From the IMG/VR virus record IMGVR_UViG_3300042465_006864, positions 1-64,000 of that record: a DNA stretch of 64,000 nucleotides; one strand, written 5' to 3'. Under the pieces are notes generated by a model that had not been told where the DNA came from, searched no databases, and worked only from the letters and a program-made list of their open reading frames with translations. This document shows, in pieces, positions 59,879-64,000 of the stretch. The position numbers and the translations under genes were made by a program. The DNA is from a virus. Position 1 is the first letter of the stretch. Each line of letters opens with the position of its first letter.

Positions 59879-60145
59879 ATGAAAGCACAATCAGCATACT
59901 TCTCACTGTCTAATGACACTGGCTACGATGCCTTGGAAGTGCATACCGTTCAAATCTTTTTAGACGATTATGCAGATCAGCTGTCGGCAGGAGAAGAGAT
60001 TTGGGAAGGCGCATCAATAATCTGGAGCCTATACGGTCACACTCCAAACGAAGGATTAGAATGCATCGGTGATTTTAATTCTTTTGAAGCAGCATGTGAG
60101 ATTGCCGAGAAGTTGGGCGGAAAATTATTTCCAAAAACATCTTGA
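59879..60145 (+). CDS. hypothetical protein
   Basis: MKAQSAY...WSLYGH...LECIGDF. Confidence 0.6.
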   Translation: MKAQSAYFSLSNDTGYDALEVHTVQIFLDDYADQLSAGEEIWEGASIIWSLYGHTPNEGLECIGDFNSFEAACEIAEKLGGKLFPKTS

Positions 60146-60204
60146 CATCACCACGAAAATAAACCATACTCCTCCCCCCCACTAACAACCACAACTACAC
60201 TACT

Positions 60205-61110
60205 ATGTTTGACACACTCATTGGACAAGACCACATCAAAAAAAGCTTTGGCTTCTACATCGACGGCTCAGCGAACGGCGGCATCGTGCCTCCACTTCTT
60301 CTCACTGGTGCGCGAGGTTTGGGCAAGACAGAATACGCTCGCCAGATGGCAAAGAATCTCAAGAAGCCTCTGCTCGAACTCAACTGTTCTACCATTCGCA
60401 ACAATCGCCAGTTCTTTGAACAGATTTTCATTCCTGTGATTATGAACAACGACATTACAATCCTCTTCGACGAGTGCCATGCGCTACCAAAGGATTTACA
60501 AAATGCGTTCCTGACTGTGTTCAACGTAGAGAAAGGTTTCCGCAAGAACTTCGAGTGGGACGGCAGTTCGATGGAGTTCGACTTCTCCCGCCAAACTTAT
60601 CTGTTCGCTACAACCGAACCAGACAAAATCTTCGCTCCTCTTAAAGATCGCTTCGAAGAGATTGACTTTCGCCCCTACTCTGATGATGAGATGGCAAAGA
60701 TTCTCCAGAGTCGTGCTGATTGGGTAGAGTTTCAAGATGACGTTATGAATGAGATCGTTCCAACACTTCGCGGCAATGCTCGATCCGCAGTTAAACGCGC
60801 AAAACAAATCTGTCTCTACTGCGAGGGCAAAAACAATTATCAGTTCGGCGACAGTCAATGGAAAGATATGTGCGACAAGCTTGGTATCACTGCTGATGGT
60901 TTGTCAAACTCAGAGATTCAAATTCTTTCTGTGCTTAAACAGCGAGGTCCATGCACTCTGGCTATGCTGTCAGCTGCAACTGGATTCTCTCGCACCGCAT
61001 TGCAACGCGACATTGAGATGCACCTTCTCCGCAAAAACCTGATGCGTATCGACGGTAAACGCGAAATCACAGGTGCTGGTGTCAAAGCCCTAGAAAAACT
61101 TTCTGTGTAG
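60205..61110 (+). CDS. ruvB: RuvB-like Holliday-junction branch-migration AAA+ ATPase
   Basis: LIGQDHIK, Walker A GARGLGKT, ILFDECHAL, FATT, PLKDRF, RGNAR, C-terminal winged helix ...IEMHLL...GKREIT; promoter at 60142-60170. Confidence 0.88.
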   Translation: MFDTLIGQDHIKKSFGFYIDGSANGGIVPPLLLTGARGLGKTEYARQMAKNLKKPLLELNCSTIRNNRQFFEQIFIPVIMNNDITILFDECHALPKDLQNAFLTVFNVEKGFRKNFEWDGSSMEFDFSRQTYLFATTEPDKIFAPLKDRFEEIDFRPYSDDEMAKILQSRADWVEFQDDVMNEIVPTLRGNARSAVKRAKQICLYCEGKNNYQFGDSQWKDMCDKLGITADGLSNSEIQILSVLKQRGPCTLAMLSAATGFSRTALQRDIEMHLLRKNLMRIDGKREITGAGVKALEKLSV

Positions 61111-61119
61111 TTAGTAACC

Positions 61120-61147
61120 GAGGGGGCGGAGTGGTGTCCGTCCCCTC
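61120..61147 (+). other. 11-bp GC-rich hairpin after ruvB
   Basis: GAGGGGGCGGA-gtggtg-TCCGTCCCCTC; no U-tract. Confidence 0.55.
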
Positions 61148-61180
61148 AAATACCAAATTCTTTTTAGACAAATAAACAAT

Positions 61181-61369
61181 ATGGAAATACACATTCCCCA
61201 ACACATCCAAGAGGCACTAGACAAAAGCCCGAACGCTAGCGCAGCGAATACAATCATCGTTAGCCAACTAAGCGAAAAACTTTTTTCCGCACGGTGGAAC
61301 CTGCAACAGCACAAGATGGAACTTGATCAACTGTGGGAAGTGAATTGCGAAACACAACTCGCGAAATAA
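61181..61369 (+). CDS. hypothetical protein
   Basis: 62-aa ORF. Confidence 0.45.
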   Translation: MEIHIPQHIQEALDKSPNASAANTIIVSQLSEKLFSARWNLQQHKMELDQLWEVNCETQLAK

Positions 61370-61406
61370 CCAATTGCGAAATACTATTCGCGAAATAACA
61401 AATAAA

Positions 61407-61482
61407 GCGCTTGTAGCTCAGTGGTCAGAGCAGGGGTCTCATAAACCTTTGGTCATAGGTTCAATCCCTATCAGGCGCACCA
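61407..61482 (+). tRNA. tRNA with CAT anticodon (elongator Met or Ile2)
   Basis: GCGCTTG/CAGGCGC-A-CCA; GGGGT-CTCATAA-ACCTT; ATAGG-TTCAATC-CCTAT. Confidence 0.92.
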
Positions 61483-61494
61483 AATCAAACAAAA

Positions 61495-61522
61495 GCTTCC
61501 GTAGCTCAATTGGATAGAGCAA
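61495..61522 (+). pseudogene. truncated tRNA 5' fragment (Arg-like)
   Basis: GCTTCCG-TA-GCTC-AATTGGATA-GAGC-AA, then stops. Confidence 0.7.
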
Positions 61523-61525
61523 TAA

Positions 61526-61597
61526 GACCTCATAGTTAAAAGGATATAACCAATCTCTTCTAAAGATTAATTCCAAGTTCGATTCTTGGTGGGGTCA
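61526..61597 (+). tRNA. tRNA-Arg(TCT)
   Basis: GACCTCA/TGGGGTC; AATCT-CTTCTAA-AGATT; CCAAG-TTCGATT-CTTGG. Confidence 0.9.
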
Positions 61598-61957
61598 CTC
61601 TTCAGCGTGTCGTATTCTGTGGCAATTTGCGCACAACATTACACACTTATCTAATTCGTGCGTTATCTTATCCCAAGAGCGTAGGCGCAATTTTGCCCAA
61701 TCCGCATCTTTTTTACTTGGCTCTATGTGATGAAATTCAAACACTCCAGCAGGAAAGTTGGGGTAGCGAATACCACAATCAATACACAAGCTACCTTTAT
61801 AATTAATAGCTTCTATTTTTCTTTTTTTCCACCGATTTATGCAATATAGATCGAAGCATTTGCGGCAGTGGGATGAACCATTTTTTCTGTTTTTTTGTTG
61901 ATAAAAATCGCTGATCAATTTCTTTTCTTTGCAAGAGGTGCAGGTTTTAGTTTCCAT
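61595..61957 (-). CDS. HNH endonuclease
   Basis: CTSC...CRKC; CIDCG...FEFHHIEP...KCVMLCANCHRIRH; start moved to ATG 61957, 8 nt after GTGTAT. Confidence 0.88.
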   Translation of the reverse strand: METKTCTSCKEKKLISDFYQQKNRKNGSSHCRKCFDLYCINRWKKRKIEAINYKGSLCIDCGIRYPNFPAGVFEFHHIEPSKKDADWAKLRLRSWDKITHELDKCVMLCANCHRIRHAEE

Positions 61958-62090
61958 ACTAATATATACACTTAGAATTAAAAAATCTATGCAAAGATTA
62001 AAATTATCATTCCCTCGCCATTTTTTAATCAAAATAAATGTTGACAAACTGCCGCGATTTGCTACATTTCTCCCGCACCCAATTACTACT

Positions 62091-62654
62091 ATGCAGACAC
62101 AAGAAACAATACAAGAAATCGGCAACTACGAAAGCTCACTCGACACCATCGCCTGTGAACTCCTCCAATACGTCACACCCGAGACGAAAGAACTTTATTA
62201 TGCTTTTAGCAAGGCATTGCAGTTTGACCTCAGAGAAAAATTCGGAAACGTGTTCGAAAACTTCCTCGTCACGCAGAAAACAAAAAAAGAAATTCTTAAA
62301 GAAGCTTTTGAATACTATGCCGCCGATCCTTCTCGCAGAGCAACTAACGCAGAAGGCAGTTGCAGATACCTTATGGAAGACGGTCGCAAATGTGCCGTTG
62401 GTCGCTGCTTAATCGAAGGAAAGAAAATTTGCTTTAGCGGTATGCAAAAAGACGCTATCTTTGCAGAGATCCAAGCGAATCAAATCGACAATCTCGACTC
62501 TCATTTGTTGCCAGAGTATCGGGGGCATGATGTTGGTTTTTGGCAGGAGCTTCAATACTGGCACGATAGCTGTTTGAACTTTACAGAGACAGGTTTGTCT
62601 GAAAAAGGGCAGCAGCAAGCTGAGTTTCTTTTGACAAACTATGCCGACAAATAA
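62091..62654 (+). CDS. hypothetical protein
   Basis: CRY...GRKCAVGRCL...LQYWHD; follows TTGACA-N16-TACATT at 62041. Confidence 0.65.
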   Translation: MQTQETIQEIGNYESSLDTIACELLQYVTPETKELYYAFSKALQFDLREKFGNVFENFLVTQKTKKEILKEAFEYYAADPSRRATNAEGSCRYLMEDGRKCAVGRCLIEGKKICFSGMQKDAIFAEIQANQIDNLDSHLLPEYRGHDVGFWQELQYWHDSCLNFTETGLSEKGQQQAEFLLTNYADK

Positions 62655-62694
62655 CTTGACACAATCCCTAAAATCTATTACTTTTGCGCCCGAT

Positions 62695-63194
62695 ATGAAA
62701 GACTACCTTGGACAAGAATTGCAAGTTGGAGACCTAGTGATTTACTATGTAGGCAAATATAGAGAATTTGCGACGAACAAAATTGTTAAAATAACAAACC
62801 ATTTTGTATTTATTGATGAAGGCGATCCTCGGAGCAGACCTTTTAAGCAGAGAGGTGAACAAGTGATTAAAGCCCCCAAGTAATAAAAATTAACTTGACA
62901 CAACCCACAAAATAAACAACAATCCCTTCTCACCTTATGATTACATCAGAACAACTACTAGAAAATCGCAGCATCACAGAACCAACGGTCGCAACCCTAA
63001 TCTTAGATGTGCCGTGGAACGAAACAAATTACGGAAACATTCTGCGAAATTTTTTCGATAACGTAACAGAGGAAGTCTTTGATAATACAGAGATTCTCGA
63101 ATACGAGCCAGTCTCATACGATAGCGAAAAGCAAACCTTTCAAATCAAATATACTCTTGGGGTCGTTGACCTACTGGAACCAATCGAAGCATAA
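62695..63194 (+). other. two small CDSs (62695..62883, 62937..63194), each with its own TTGACA
   Basis: TTGACA-N17-TACTTT at 62656-62684; TTGACA near 62895. Confidence 0.55.
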
Positions 63195-63425
63195 TTCTAA
63201 CACCAAAACAAAATGAAACAAATAAAACAATTCTTTTGCCGCCTATTCAATCGCCGCCAGCCTACCTACGGCGCACAGATTTTCCAACAGCGCAGCTGGC
63301 TCACCAAGCAGGTCGATGATGCACTCTGGAAAAAATACCAAGGATTAAATTAAGTTCTTGACAAATTGCCCCGAAACAGCTACATTTCTCGCGCCCCCCG
63401 AAACAACTACTAAACTACTAATACT

Positions 63426-63959
63426 ATGCCTAATTGGACTCACAACAAACTAACCATAACAAACTCCACTCCAAAGCTCGAAGAGTTCCTCAAGGAACAC
63501 GGCTTGTCTTTTGAGGCTATCGTAAAACCAGAGCGTCCTGAGAATTACGGAGATGGTTGTTCTACTATCGCCGCCCAAACTGATGCTTGGGGAACTAAGT
63601 GGGACTTGGATGAAACCGAAGCAAAAGAAACCGCCGCTTCTCTTTTAGAGAATGACGAATGTATTTTCGATACAGCATGGTCGCCACCATCGGAAGCGAT
63701 TCGCGCACTGAGCGAGTTGACTGGTGCGTCTTTTCTTCTTGCTTACTATGAGCCAGGATGTTGGTTCTGGGGAGTGGAAGACATCTCCGAAGGTTTCATC
63801 TACCCCGAGTTAGATAGCAATGAAACACAAGAGCAGCTCCACGAATTTCTTGTCCAATACATGGACTACAGCACCGAAGAGGCTACTGAAGCTGTAGGCT
63901 GGGACGAAGAGGACGAAGAGGAAGAAGAAGAGAAGGAGGAAGAAGAATCCAAGGCGTAA
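63426..63959 (+). CDS. DUF1281/Api92-like ferredoxin-fold protein with acidic tail
   Basis: MPNWxxN, WGTKWD, FDTAWSPP, YYEPG motifs; promoter TTGACA-N17-TACATT at 63358. Confidence 0.75.
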   Translation: MPNWTHNKLTITNSTPKLEEFLKEHGLSFEAIVKPERPENYGDGCSTIAAQTDAWGTKWDLDETEAKETAASLLENDECIFDTAWSPPSEAIRALSELTGASFLLAYYEPGCWFWGVEDISEGFIYPELDSNETQEQLHEFLVQYMDYSTEEATEAVGWDEEDEEEEEEKEEEESKA

Positions 63960-64000
63960 ATGCCAAACGCCAAATAAGCAAATAACAAATAAGCGCACTG

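Noticed and set aside
61958-62125. ORF-track extensions of 61595..62125 and 61929..62654
   Set aside because: They span divergent promoter motifs; the real starts are probably 61957 (minus) and 62091 (plus).
1-64000. Prophage or cellular chromosome
   Set aside because: No integrase, att site or housekeeping operons; gene density, tRNAs, rIIA/B and promoter classes fit a large lytic phage throughout.

Overview
This is a 64-kb internal segment of a large, AT-rich tailed-phage (Caudoviricetes) genome; no capsid, terminase or DNA polymerase gene is visible in the window. The left part (about 1-23 kb, mostly minus strand) holds tail-fibre/LamG genes and a lambda-like tail-tip module (L-K-I-J), interrupted by a SET-domain gene and a plus-strand glycosyltransferase/GNAT block. 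The middle holds nucleotide and RNA-repair genes (ThyX, PNK-like kinase, RNA ligase, phosphoesterases), lysis genes, rIIA/rIIB and UvsE. The right part holds many small early-type genes, RuvB and a repeat-rich non-coding region. Eight recognisable tRNAs, two aberrant tRNA-like RNAs and three tRNA-linked HNH genes are dispersed from 29 kb onward. Two promoter classes are evident: sigma70-like TTGACA-N16-18-TAnnnT, and a GTGTAA motif 8-10 nt before structural/lysis start codons. The standout observation is a candidate ribosome-mediated attenuator at 44627-44745. An 18-codon leader peptide is packed with exactly the codons read by the five downstream phage tRNAs (Glu, Thr, Tyr, Pro, Gln) and is followed by mutually exclusive antiterminator/terminator hairpins, suggesting a tRNA operon switched on when those host tRNAs are depleted. 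All product calls come from motif recognition by eye; no database search was run.
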